Origin: Bacteroidales bacterium
GTDB lineage: Bacteria > Bacteroidota > Bacteroidia > Bacteroidales > DTU049
Assembly (NCBI GenBank): GCA_012520175.1
Contig: JAAYOU010000065.1
Coordinates: 7,895 to 71,894, forward strand
DNA length: 64,000 nucleotides
Direction: 5' to 3'
Every line of letters starts with the position of its first letter. The first letter of the stretch is position 1. A program made the translations under genes and the position numbers. The notes beneath the pieces were generated by a model that saw only the letters and a program-made list of their open reading frames with translations, did no database searches and was not told the DNA's origin. Shown piece by piece: positions 48,454 to 57,222 of this stretch.

Positions 48454-48493
48454 TTCTTAATATTGCTTAAACAAACATATTGCAAAAATATAA

Positions 48494-48820
48494 CTATTTT
48501 AGTTTTGGATTATTATTGTGCCTTGAATGGTCTCTTTTGGCTTTAAATGCCAGATTTTCAACTAACACTTTTTCTAAATTTACGCCACATTGATTAGCCA
48601 AACATGTTAAAACAAAAAGCACATCGCCGATTTCTTTGGATAAACCAGAGTCGTTTTCGCCTTCCTTATACGATTGCTCGCCATATTTACGAGCCATGTG
48701 TCTTGCTAATTCGCCAACTTCCTCCATTAGCAGAGCAGTATTAGTTAATTCATTAAAATATCTAACACCGTGCTCTTTTATCCACTCATCAACTTTTAGT
48801 TGCATTTCATCTATAGTCAT
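48494..48820 (-). CDS. MazG-like nucleotide pyrophosphohydrolase domain protein
   Basis: 108 aa. EEVGELARHMARKYGE and EIGDVLFVLTCLAN, an EExxE-type helix pair. Confidence 0.7.
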   Translation of the reverse strand: MTIDEMQLKVDEWIKEHGVRYFNELTNTALLMEEVGELARHMARKYGEQSYKEGENDSGLSKEIGDVLFVLTCLANQCGVNLEKVLVENLAFKAKRDHSRHNNNPKLK

Positions 48821-49272
48821 ACTTCTTTATTTTTCGAGTCAATAATTATAGTTACGGGTCCGTCGTTAACAAGGCTTATTTCCATGTGCTCACCAAAAGC
48901 GCCTTTTGCGATTTTTTTGTCAAATAATTCTTCGATTTTATCAGCAACTTTATTAACCATTATATTTGCCATTTGTGGCTCCATTGCAAAAACATAAGAA
49001 GGTCTGTTTCCTTTTTTAGTATAAGCAAGCAATGTGAATTGGCTAACAAGCATTATTTCGCCGCTAATTTGCGAAACGTTTAAATTCATCACTCCATTTT
49101 CATCATCAAAAATGCGAAGCTGCAAAAGTTTTTTTACGATGTAATCCATATCTTCATCGGTGTCGCTTTCATGAACGCCCAAAAGCACAAGCATTCCATA
49201 ATTAATGGACGACAGCAACTTATTATTCACAAAAACCTCTGCTTTTTTTACACGCTGAATAACGACTTTCAT
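48817..49272 (-). CDS. dtd: D-aminoacyl-tRNA deacylase
   Basis: 151 aa. MKVVIQRVKKA, VSQFTL and NDGPVTI motifs. 4-bp overlaps on both sides. Confidence 0.9.
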   Translation of the reverse strand: MKVVIQRVKKAEVFVNNKLLSSINYGMLVLLGVHESDTDEDMDYIVKKLLQLRIFDDENGVMNLNVSQISGEIMLVSQFTLLAYTKKGNRPSYVFAMEPQMANIMVNKVADKIEELFDKKIAKGAFGEHMEISLVNDGPVTIIIDSKNKEV

Positions 49273-50435
49273 CTTTTTTTCTTGCCTTTTTCTTTTGATT
49301 TAATTTCCTTTACTTTTTCATATATTTTTAGAGAATCGCAGAAAGCGGTATCTGGTTGTAATGAAAAATTTAAGTAAACAGGATTGTGGTCTGAATTTTC
49401 AAAATGCTTATTAATTGTTCTTACCTCATTAACAGTGATATTTGGCGAACACAAGAAATAATCAAGCACTGTTGTTGTGGTAACTCCTTTTTCATATTTT
49501 GTGTTCACATCTCTGTTTGTTGGAGTTTTTGGGTCGTAATACCATTTCCAGCCCTTTGGTAAGTAATCATTTTCAATTGCTGGCTCTATTTCTCTAACAT
49601 AATCTCCTGTGTTTATTTTTGTTTTGTCAAAGCCGAGGGGATTTTGGTTCCAGTCGCCGCCAACAACAACATAGTCGCCATTTTCGTAGAAATTAAGCAA
49701 ATAACTTCTTAAAAAAATCATTTCTGCAATTCTAATATCGCCAGCATCGTCAAATGCTGAGTTATGTGTGTTTATGATGTATAGCGACTTGTGATTATCT
49801 AAATTAAATTTTTCAATGATAAAGCATCTGTCAAGAAAAAATACTTTCATGGGCCAAGCGTAGCCAAATGGGAACGAAATTCTTTTTGCGTATTCGGGAA
49901 TATATCTAGAAAAAGACATCATTCCAGAATGTACTTTCGCCGTAGGATTAAATAATGGGAATGGCACAAAAGGCACATTATAGTTAATTGCTGTTACATG
50001 GCTAAATGTAGGCAAAGCTCCAGCAAGGCTACTGTCTTGCCTTGTATAAAACGACCTTTTTGAATTTATATCAACTTCTTGGAGCAAAACAAAGTCCACA
50101 GTATCCATTTTGCCTAATTCATTAAAAATAGATTTTAAATATTCCTTGTATTGTTCCTTATCTGGACGCATTTTTTTCCCGCCTTCATAAAAGAAATCTT
50201 CGTGTTTGCCAAGAGCTGAGTAGCCAATGTTCCATGAAATTATAGAAATGCTTTTATCACTAAAAAACCATGCATTACGTCCTTTTTTTATCTCCAAATC
50301 TTCGCTAATTGCTGGGTTATAATCTTTTTTGCTGTTTATTGCAATTATAACAATAAAATACAGCAATATCATTGACACAATAATAATTAAAATCTTAAAA
50401 AATATTTTTAAAAATCTAAATTTTCTTTTGCTCAT
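49269..50435 (-). CDS. Membrane-anchored endonuclease/exonuclease/phosphatase (EEP) family protein
   Basis: 388 aa. N-terminal TM segment. SWNIGY, LLQEVD, GDWN and SDHNPV blocks of the EEP fold. Confidence 0.7.
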   Translation of the reverse strand: MSKRKFRFLKIFFKILIIIVSMILLYFIVIIAINSKKDYNPAISEDLEIKKGRNAWFFSDKSISIISWNIGYSALGKHEDFFYEGGKKMRPDKEQYKEYLKSIFNELGKMDTVDFVLLQEVDINSKRSFYTRQDSSLAGALPTFSHVTAINYNVPFVPFPLFNPTAKVHSGMMSFSRYIPEYAKRISFPFGYAWPMKVFFLDRCFIIEKFNLDNHKSLYIINTHNSAFDDAGDIRIAEMIFLRSYLLNFYENGDYVVVGGDWNQNPLGFDKTKINTGDYVREIEPAIENDYLPKGWKWYYDPKTPTNRDVNTKYEKGVTTTTVLDYFLCSPNITVNEVRTINKHFENSDHNPVYLNFSLQPDTAFCDSLKIYEKVKEIKSKEKGKKKR

Positions 50436-50559
50436 AATTCTGAAGTGATAATTTTTGTAAATATACGTTTTTTCTAAAATTTATGAATAAAAAATGTACT
50501 TTTCTTTTTCATTGCAAAAAAAAAGTACCAAAAGAAAAGCTATTCGCGGGAGAATTTAC

Positions 50560-51025
50560 CTGCGAAACAGCAAGGCATGGCTGGCGAAGTTTTGCTACTA
50601 CTTGTTGTGTGCTTGTGTGTGGCGGCGACTATTTCGCTTGGGCGCAGCGACGTAAAACCCTGATAATCAGACAGTTATAAATTGCCGCCGCTTTGCCTGT
50701 CTCGGCTGCTTGCTTTGCTTGCCTGTGTCTACGTAAGTCGCTGATACTCAGACAGTTACTGGTGGTGGGTTTGCGTGGGTGCGGTCGCTTTTTTGGCTGT
50801 GGCGGCGCAACTCGTTGATAATCAGCGGGTTGCGAGCCGTCGACCCCGCCTTTATAAAACATTGATAATCAAATGGCTGTGCGAATGCAGTAGTGTACAA
50901 ACCTGACAGGTTTCTAAAACCTGTTAGGTTTAAAGTAGTCTGATAATCATGCAGTTGTAATAATATGGTCGCGCCGCCGTAAAGTATTGATAAGCAATAG
51001 GTTACAGGTGGCAAACAGGTTTTTT
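50560..51025 (+). repeat. G+C-rich non-coding island with six copies of a ~26-nt motif (core TGATAATCA); candidate structured ncRNA or protein-binding array of unknown type
   Basis: Motif copies at 50651-50676, 50732-50757, 50806-50831, 50853-50878, 50930-50956 and 50978-51003, all in the same orientation. Flanking GC stems are present. A T6 run lies at 51020-51025. See findings. Confidence 0.6.
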
Positions 51026-51107
51026 GCTGAAAAACTTTCCTTTTAATAATTTTTTTAAATCAACAATGTTTAAAAATATCTGTAAATTTGTAGGTTAAAA
51101 AGCTTTT

Positions 51108-51194
51108 GGAGAGATGCCAGAGTGGTTGAATGGGGCGGTCTCGAAAACCGTTGACCTCTTACGGGGTCCCAGGGTTCGAATCCCTGTCTCTCCG
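51108..51194 (+). tRNA. tRNA-Ser (anticodon CGA), type II
   Basis: GGAGAGA-TG-CCA...TGG-...GCGGT-CTCGAAA-ACCGT-long variable arm-CAGGG-TTCGAAT-CCCTG-TCTCTCC-G. Hand-folded. Confidence 0.9.
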
Positions 51195-51228
51195 CAAAAA
51201 AGATAGCTTAGATTAGAATATAAATTTT

Positions 51229-52146
51229 ATGAGCAAATTCAATTTTTTAAAAGAATATTTTAATCTTTCAAAAACTGAAAAAGCAGGATTATGGCTTTTG
51301 TTGGTGATTTTAGTTGTGATAATTATTTTTTCAAAATTATCTTTTTATTATAAGTCTGATATAAAAAAGACAGATTTTTCTGAATATGAAAAGCAAATTT
51401 CTGAATGGCGGTCAAGCATAAGCCAAGATGATTCGTATTTAAAACGCACCTATACAGACCTTGATGCTCCGCAGTTTTCAGCCACAAAATCAAAATTAAC
51501 GCCCTTTCCTTTTGACCCTAACAATATTGACGCAGCAGGCTTAAAATCTTTAGGATTAGCCGACCGTCAAATAAAATCAATTTTAAATTACAGGCAAAAA
51601 GGCGGGGTTTTTTACATAAAAAGCGATTTTGCAAAAATTTATACAATTAGTAGAGATGAATACAATGTGCTAGAACCATATATATCTTTGCCGATTAGCA
51701 GAGAAACTCGCAAAAGTTTTGAAAATAAAAAATTTGAGAAAAAAGAAGTTGCAAAAGTTGAATTAAATTCTGCTGATACTGCGGCGTTGAGAAAAATAAG
51801 AGGAATAGGTCCAGCGTTTTCAATGCGAATTGTGAAATACAGGAATTTGCTTGGCGGTTTTGTCAATATAAATCAATTGAAAGAGGTGAAAGGAATAGAC
51901 TCCTTAAAATATGCAGAAATATCTCCATACATGTTTGTAAATCCGTATATAATAAGGAAAATAAATATAAATACGGTTACATTTGAAGAGTTAAAAAAGC
52001 ACCCTTATTTTGGCTACAACATTTCTCTTTCAATAATTAATTACCGAAAACAGCACGGAGACTACACTTCAATAACGGATTTGAAGAAGCTCGCTCTTAT
52101 TACAGATGAGGTTTATAATAGAATAGCTCCGTATTTAACCATATAA
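51229..52146 (+). CDS. comEA: ComEA-like helix-hairpin-helix DNA-binding membrane protein
   Basis: 305 aa. N-terminal TM segment. Several HhH units (LKSLGLADRQIKSIL, LRKIRGIGPAFSMRIVKYR, ELKKHPYFGYNISLSIINYR). Confidence 0.7.
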   Translation: MSKFNFLKEYFNLSKTEKAGLWLLLVILVVIIIFSKLSFYYKSDIKKTDFSEYEKQISEWRSSISQDDSYLKRTYTDLDAPQFSATKSKLTPFPFDPNNIDAAGLKSLGLADRQIKSILNYRQKGGVFYIKSDFAKIYTISRDEYNVLEPYISLPISRETRKSFENKKFEKKEVAKVELNSADTAALRKIRGIGPAFSMRIVKYRNLLGGFVNINQLKEVKGIDSLKYAEISPYMFVNPYIIRKININTVTFEELKKHPYFGYNISLSIINYRKQHGDYTSITDLKKLALITDEVYNRIAPYLTI

Positions 52147-52150
52147 AAAA

Positions 52151-52765
52151 TCAGAAAAAATTTACTAATGGGAAAAGAAATAGCCCATATAAATGAAATC
52201 TTGGAATTCTAAATAGATTCCACAAAAGCATTTGCTTTTTAGGATAGTTGAGCATCCCGACCACAACCATAATTATACTATAAGGAAGAGGAGTAAGTGC
52301 TGCTGCTGCAATTAGCCATCCGCCCCATTTTCTTGAGTTTCTTATGTGTTTTTCAAATCTAAGAGTAAAATAGTCATTTACTCGTTTGTTTTTTCTAATA
52401 AGAAAGCCAATGCTGTAAGAGATTGTTCCTGCAATATAAGATAATACTGCTAAAATACTTAAATATAGCCAAGGGTGAGACAATCCTCCGCACCAAATTA
52501 TAAATAAATCTGATGGAATTGGGCTGAGCAAACTTTCCGAGCATAAAAAAATTAGTAAAACAACCCAAATTTTTACATTTTCAACGATATAATTAAAAAT
52601 TCCTTCAATGTCAAGAAATGTTTTTTCGGCAATTATTAATAGGATAATTATAACAGTTAAAATTAGCAAAAAATTTAAGAGACCTTTTCCAACTTCTTGA
52701 TAAAAACCAGTTCTTTTAAAATATAAAAATCGTAGTCGCCAGCGTTTAAAAAAATTTTTCTTCAT
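52151..52765 (-). CDS. VTT-domain (DedA/YqaA-like) membrane protein
   Basis: 204 aa polytopic protein. SESLLSPIPSDLF fits the E-x-x-x-x-P-x-P-x-D/E VTT motif. Confidence 0.5.
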   Translation of the reverse strand: MKKNFFKRWRLRFLYFKRTGFYQEVGKGLLNFLLILTVIIILLIIAEKTFLDIEGIFNYIVENVKIWVVLLIFLCSESLLSPIPSDLFIIWCGGLSHPWLYLSILAVLSYIAGTISYSIGFLIRKNKRVNDYFTLRFEKHIRNSRKWGGWLIAAAALTPLPYSIIMVVVGMLNYPKKQMLLWNLFRIPRFHLYGLFLFPLVNFF

Positions 52766-52800
52766 AAAATAAATTCACATGCAAATATATAAATTGCAAT

Positions 52801-53589
52801 TTATTTATTCAGCAAAAAAGAAATAAAATTTTTTACATTAATTAAATTTGTTAAGTCGGCGATTAGGAAAAGAAATACAAAAATCATAACAATTCTGATG
52901 ATTTTGTTTCCATTTTTAATAGCTAGGCGGGAGGCTATAAAAGCTCCGATAACATTTCCGATAGCGTGAATTAGTCCATATTTCCAAACTACTTGGTCGT
53001 TGGCTATAAAAACAATTAAAGAAAAAGGAATATACAGCAACACAAGTAAGTTTTTCATTGCATTTGCGTGCAAAAGGTCGTGTCCAAGCCCTAAAACAAT
53101 AACTGCAAGCAAATAATATCCAAGCCCAACATGAATAAATCCGCCGTAAATTCCAATTAAAAAAAACAACAAATAATACCATTTTTTTATGGGTTTTTTT
53201 AGCAGTTCAGCATTTTCTTTAAGCCATAAAGATGGTTTTATAAACATAAAAATGACCATGGAAGCCATAATTACAATAAAGCAATATCTAAAAATTTCTT
53301 CATTAATTTTAATTACGATAAAAGAGCCAACAATAGAGCCGATAACGAGAGGAATAGCAATTTTTATACTTTTTTTCCAATCAATAAGTTTGTTATTTTG
53401 GAAAGAGGAAACAGATGTTAAGGTTTGAAATAACACAGCGACACGATTTGTCCCATTTGCTACAGAAAGTGGCAGCCCAAGCCAAGATAAAACAGATAAG
53501 GAAATAATTGTTGCTCCGCCGGACAAAGTGTTTATAAATCCGACGAAAAGACCAGAACATATTAGAGCAATAACAACATGTATTTCCAT
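52801..53589 (-). CDS. TauE/SafE-family anion (sulfite-type) exporter
   Basis: 262 aa, about 8 TM segments. Internal duplication with GGATIISLSVL / GGFIHVGLGY-type segments. Confidence 0.65.
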   Translation of the reverse strand: MEIHVVIALICSGLFVGFINTLSGGATIISLSVLSWLGLPLSVANGTNRVAVLFQTLTSVSSFQNNKLIDWKKSIKIAIPLVIGSIVGSFIVIKINEEIFRYCFIVIMASMVIFMFIKPSLWLKENAELLKKPIKKWYYLLFFLIGIYGGFIHVGLGYYLLAVIVLGLGHDLLHANAMKNLLVLLYIPFSLIVFIANDQVVWKYGLIHAIGNVIGAFIASRLAIKNGNKIIRIVMIFVFLFLIADLTNLINVKNFISFLLNK

Positions 53590-53677
53590 GGTTTATATTT
53601 ATCGTATTTCTAAAGCTATATTTCTGTTAAAATGTTTCGGACAAATTTGCAAAAATAGCTTTTTGAATGTTGTTTTT

Positions 53678-55123
53678 TTAAGAATTGCGGTTATATTCGT
53701 TTTTTATAAAGTTATATAAAAGTCTTACGCCTACTCCTGTGCTGCCTTTGGGCCAATAATTCCATGTTTTTTCAAGAAACGCAGGACCTGCAATATCAAG
53801 GTGTATATATGGATAATCTGTGAATTTTTCTAGAAATTTACCAGCGGTTATTGCTCCAGCGTATCTGCCACCAGAGTTTGAAAAGTCGGCAATGTCGGAA
53901 CTCATGTCGTCAAAATATTCGTCCCAAAAAGGAAATTCAACAACGCGCTCAAACACTTTGTCTGCTGAGTTTTGCAATCTTTCAAAATAGCCGGAAGCTC
54001 CTGATTCCATGCCTACGATGGCATAATGTCCAATTGCTACATGTGCAGCACCTGTAAGGGTTGCTATATCAATTACAACAGATGGATTGTATTTCTGTGC
54101 AAAAGCTAGTGCGTCAGCAAGAATTAATCTGCCCTCTGCATCTGTATTTGTTATTTCTACTGTTTTTCCATTCATCATTGTAAGCACATCTCCCGGAGCA
54201 TAGGCGTTTTCTCCCGGTCTGTTGTCAGTTGCAGGAATTAGCGCTATCACATGAGCAGGAATTTGCATTTCTGCAATAAGGTGAATAGCTCCAGCCACGG
54301 CAGCTCCGCCAGCCATGTCGCTTTTCATGTCCGACATATAATTTCCGGGCTTAAGGTTTAGTCCGCCAGTATCGTACATTACTCCTTTACCTACAAAAAC
54401 ATAAGGTTTTTTGTTAAAATGCTTTTCGGGTTTGTATTCCAAAATTGTAAATGTTGGCTCGTCAATGCTACCGCGATTCACACCTAGCAAACCGCCCATT
54501 TTTAAAGATTTAATTTTTTGCTTTGTTAAAACTTCAACTTTTACATCGGTGTCCTTAAAAAAATCCTTTATGTAATTAGGAAATGTTAAAGATGTGAGCT
54601 CTGAAGGAATTTCATTTACCATGTTTCTTACAAAGTTTACAGCTTTTTGAGTACGCATTAGCTCAAAAACATGTATGTTTTCAACTAAACTTTGCCTTAT
54701 AAGTATAGATTTTAAGTGCTTTTTAGGCTCGTTGGCTGTTTTATATTTTGTAAACTCGTAGTTCCCAAGCAAAATGCCTTCAATAAAATATTTTGAAAGC
54801 GATTTTTCTTCAATATAAACATCTAAGGAAATTTCTTCAATTTTTTCTTTATTAATAAATTTCAAAACGTTATTGCCTGTTCGTCTTATCTTTTCAATGT
54901 CGTTTTCGTTTTTTATTTTTTCTGAAACAAAAGCAACAATGTCAAATTTTGATAATCTATTGAAGAAAACAAAATCTTGTTTTTCTTTGCGTAAGCTGTT
55001 TTTTATGTAAGAAATTTCTTCTTTTGAAAAAGCTCCAGAAGGCAGATTGTCAACGGTATTAATTAGATATATTGTTGTTCCCGTTGTATATTTTCGCTTG
55101 TATAATCCTATTTTTATATCCAT
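53678..55123 (-). CDS. pepA: Leucyl aminopeptidase (M17 family)
   Basis: 481 aa. VGKGVMYDTGG, MKSDMAGGAAV and NTDAEGRLILAD signatures. Confidence 0.9.
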   Translation of the reverse strand: MDIKIGLYKRKYTTGTTIYLINTVDNLPSGAFSKEEISYIKNSLRKEKQDFVFFNRLSKFDIVAFVSEKIKNENDIEKIRRTGNNVLKFINKEKIEEISLDVYIEEKSLSKYFIEGILLGNYEFTKYKTANEPKKHLKSILIRQSLVENIHVFELMRTQKAVNFVRNMVNEIPSELTSLTFPNYIKDFFKDTDVKVEVLTKQKIKSLKMGGLLGVNRGSIDEPTFTILEYKPEKHFNKKPYVFVGKGVMYDTGGLNLKPGNYMSDMKSDMAGGAAVAGAIHLIAEMQIPAHVIALIPATDNRPGENAYAPGDVLTMMNGKTVEITNTDAEGRLILADALAFAQKYNPSVVIDIATLTGAAHVAIGHYAIVGMESGASGYFERLQNSADKVFERVVEFPFWDEYFDDMSSDIADFSNSGGRYAGAITAGKFLEKFTDYPYIHLDIAGPAFLEKTWNYWPKGSTGVGVRLLYNFIKNEYNRNS

Positions 55124-55163
55124 AAAAGTTTTTTTGCAAAATTATAAAACAAAAAGCTCTTTT

Positions 55164-55898
55164 TCAAAAATGTCGTGTAAAAAAAACAAAGAGGTAAATG
55201 AAAAGAAGCATAGCTGAAAAAGCTTTTACTAGCAGTTTGTTTTCTAATTTTTTTGTTTTGTTAATTAAAATAAAAATGGTTAGAACTGTAATTATAATCA
55301 CAATTATCCACAGTTCTTTCACTCTGTCTTCAGATTTAAAAAATTCTCCATCAAGAGTATAGCCATTTACAAGATTTAGCAGGGGAGTGATATTCAGCGT
55401 TATTTCTTTTCCGTCGAGGCTTATGTTTTCAAAACCTTTGGCAGCGTTAAATTTTAGATTATTAACGGAGTATGAGCCGTTCGGGTTTATGTGAGCTATG
55501 CCGGGCAAGTTTTCCTTAGGTAAAAAATTATCAGTAAGGATAAAAAAGCAAAAAGCAAGTATGACAAAATTAAACCATTTGGGCCACAAAATGCTGTGCA
55601 TGGGCATATTAAAGGCGTCATTTTTTTGCTTAAATTCGTTGTAACGCATTTGGGCATATTGTTTTGCCCTGTTTCTAGCTTCGTCTTCCCATGCTTTTTG
55701 GGAGTTGTTGATATTTACTTTTTTGTATTTTGAGGTTAATACTTCATAAGCCTCTGTAACTTTAATAAAATTTTCAGCTGCATTTTCCTCTTGACTTACA
55801 TCAGGGTGGTATTTGCGAGCCAATTCTTTATAGCGCCGCTTTATTTCTGTTGTAGAAGCATTTTCGGGAACGCCAAGAATTTCGTGATATATTGACAA
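55164..55898 (-). CDS. J-domain (DnaJ-like) membrane protein
   Basis: 244 aa. YHEILGVPENASTTEIKRRYKELARKYHPD J-domain followed by TM segments. Confidence 0.75.
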   Translation of the reverse strand: MSIYHEILGVPENASTTEIKRRYKELARKYHPDVSQEENAAENFIKVTEAYEVLTSKYKKVNINNSQKAWEDEARNRAKQYAQMRYNEFKQKNDAFNMPMHSILWPKWFNFVILAFCFFILTDNFLPKENLPGIAHINPNGSYSVNNLKFNAAKGFENISLDGKEITLNITPLLNLVNGYTLDGEFFKSEDRVKELWIIVIIITVLTIFILINKTKKLENKLLVKAFSAMLLFIYLFVFFTRHF

Positions 55899-55912
55899 AT
55901 TATATTATTTTT

Positions 55913-57007
55913 TTAAGTAAACTGTTCTCCTTTTTCAATTAAAACATCGTTTACATATTGGCGAATGTTTTGCTCGTCATCTTTTCGAACCACCATTAAA
56001 ATATTGTCAGATTCTACAACAATATAATCTTCTAAACCTTGAAGCAGAACCATTTTTTCCAAAGGCATGTGAATTAAGCAATTTTTAGAATCATACAGCA
56101 TCACATTTTTTCCAATAATTGCATTGCCATTATTGTCTCTTTTTCGATTTTCGTATAGCGAGCCCCATGTGCCAAGGTCGCTCCAACCGAAGTCGGAAAT
56201 AATAACGAAAACATTTTTTGCTTTTTCCATAACAGCATAGTCTATTGAAATGTTTTTGCAGAGCATGTAAGTGTTATAGATAAAATCTTCTTCATTGATG
56301 GTTCCGTAAATATTTTTACCTTTTTCGAAAAGATCATTTATTTCAGGAGCATATTTTGCAAGAGCATTTATTATTGCTTTTGCTGTCCAAATAAAAATGC
56401 CGCTATTCCATAAAAAATCGCCACTTTTAATAAATTCATTAGCAATTTCAAGCTGCGGCTTTTCAGTAAAAGTTTTTACTTTTCTAATTCGGGCATCTTT
56501 TTCTGGTTTTTCTTTGTCAAAATATTGAATATATCCATATCCAGTATCCGGTCTTGTAGGAGTAATGCCTAATGTAATAAGGCGATTATCTTTAGATGCA
56601 GCATCGAGTGCAGTTTTTAAATGCTCCGAAAAAGATTTTTCATCAAAAATAATATGATCAGAAGGGCATACAACCATAGAAGCATCTGGATCTGCGGAAT
56701 ATATTCTGTGGGCTGCATATGCAATGCAAGGAGCTGTGTTTTTACGAGAGGGTTCTGAAAGAATATTTTCTTCTTTTATTTCAGGAAGTTGTTGTTTTAC
56801 AAGTTCAACGTAGTTTTTATTTGTAACCACTAATATATTTTCTGCGGGGCAAATGTCTAGCAATCTATCAAAAGTTAGCTGTATAAGCGTTTTACCCATG
56901 CCTAAAACGTCTATAAATTGTTTTGGTTTTAAATTTCTACTCATGGGCCAAAAGCGAGTGCCTAGCCCTCCTGCCATTATTACACAATATGTTTTTCCAG
57001 TTGTCAT
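55913..57007 (-). CDS. manC: Mannose-1-phosphate guanylyltransferase
   Basis: Track ORF starts at TTG 57034. I prefer ATG 57007 (MTTGKTYCVIMAGGLGTRFWPMSR nucleotidyltransferase motif). No C-terminal cupin or isomerase domain. Confidence 0.8.
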   Translation of the reverse strand: MTTGKTYCVIMAGGLGTRFWPMSRNLKPKQFIDVLGMGKTLIQLTFDRLLDICPAENILVVTNKNYVELVKQQLPEIKEENILSEPSRKNTAPCIAYAAHRIYSADPDASMVVCPSDHIIFDEKSFSEHLKTALDAASKDNRLITLGITPTRPDTGYGYIQYFDKEKPEKDARIRKVKTFTEKPQLEIANEFIKSGDFLWNSGIFIWTAKAIINALAKYAPEINDLFEKGKNIYGTINEEDFIYNTYMLCKNISIDYAVMEKAKNVFVIISDFGWSDLGTWGSLYENRKRDNNGNAIIGKNVMLYDSKNCLIHMPLEKMVLLQGLEDYIVVESDNILMVVRKDDEQNIRQYVNDVLIEKGEQFT

Positions 57008-57222
57008 TAATACATCATTTTTGCAAAAGTACAATAATTATTTTGTTGTTAGCAATTAATATTTTTTTGTACAAAGCCAAATATTAACTGTTTTTGTATA
57101 AGGCATTTAATTAGGTGGTAAAATCAAAATTAATTTTTATTTGAATATACGGTTTTAATCTCTAGAAAAATGTGTATCTTTACTGCACTTTAAAATGCGT
57201 TATTAAAAAATATAAAAATATT

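Noticed and set aside
50629-50862. Minus-strand repeated peptide N-x-L-x-I-x-x-L-R-R (NCLIIRVLRR, NCLSISDLRR, NPLIINELRR) as a decayed leucine-rich-repeat gene
   Set aside because: The unit spacings (81, 74, 47 nt) are not multiples of three, so the copies fall in different frames. The similarity is at the nucleotide level, and the other three motif copies do not translate to the same peptide.
50483-51014. Three track ORFs inside the G+C-rich island (50483..50680 +, 50629..50862 -, 50748..51014 -) as real protein genes
   Set aside because: They are short and overlap one another on both strands. Their composition (Arg/Pro/Cys/Ala-rich) simply mirrors local GC content. The repeated DNA motif crosses them in different reading frames. 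Long open frames are expected by chance where A+T-rich stop codons are depleted.
50560-51025. The six-motif island as a CRISPR array for the cas9 11 kb away
   Set aside because: The repeat units are only ~26 nt and degenerate, and spacing is irregular (47-81 nt core to core). The motif has no complementarity to the anti-repeat-like part of the tracrRNA candidate at 62180-62205.
50436-51228. An integrated mobile element or genomic island at tRNA-Ser
   Set aside because: No integrase, transposase or direct repeat of the tRNA 3' end is visible on either side. The anomalous segment is only ~450 bp and lies upstream (5') of the tRNA rather than at its 3' end.
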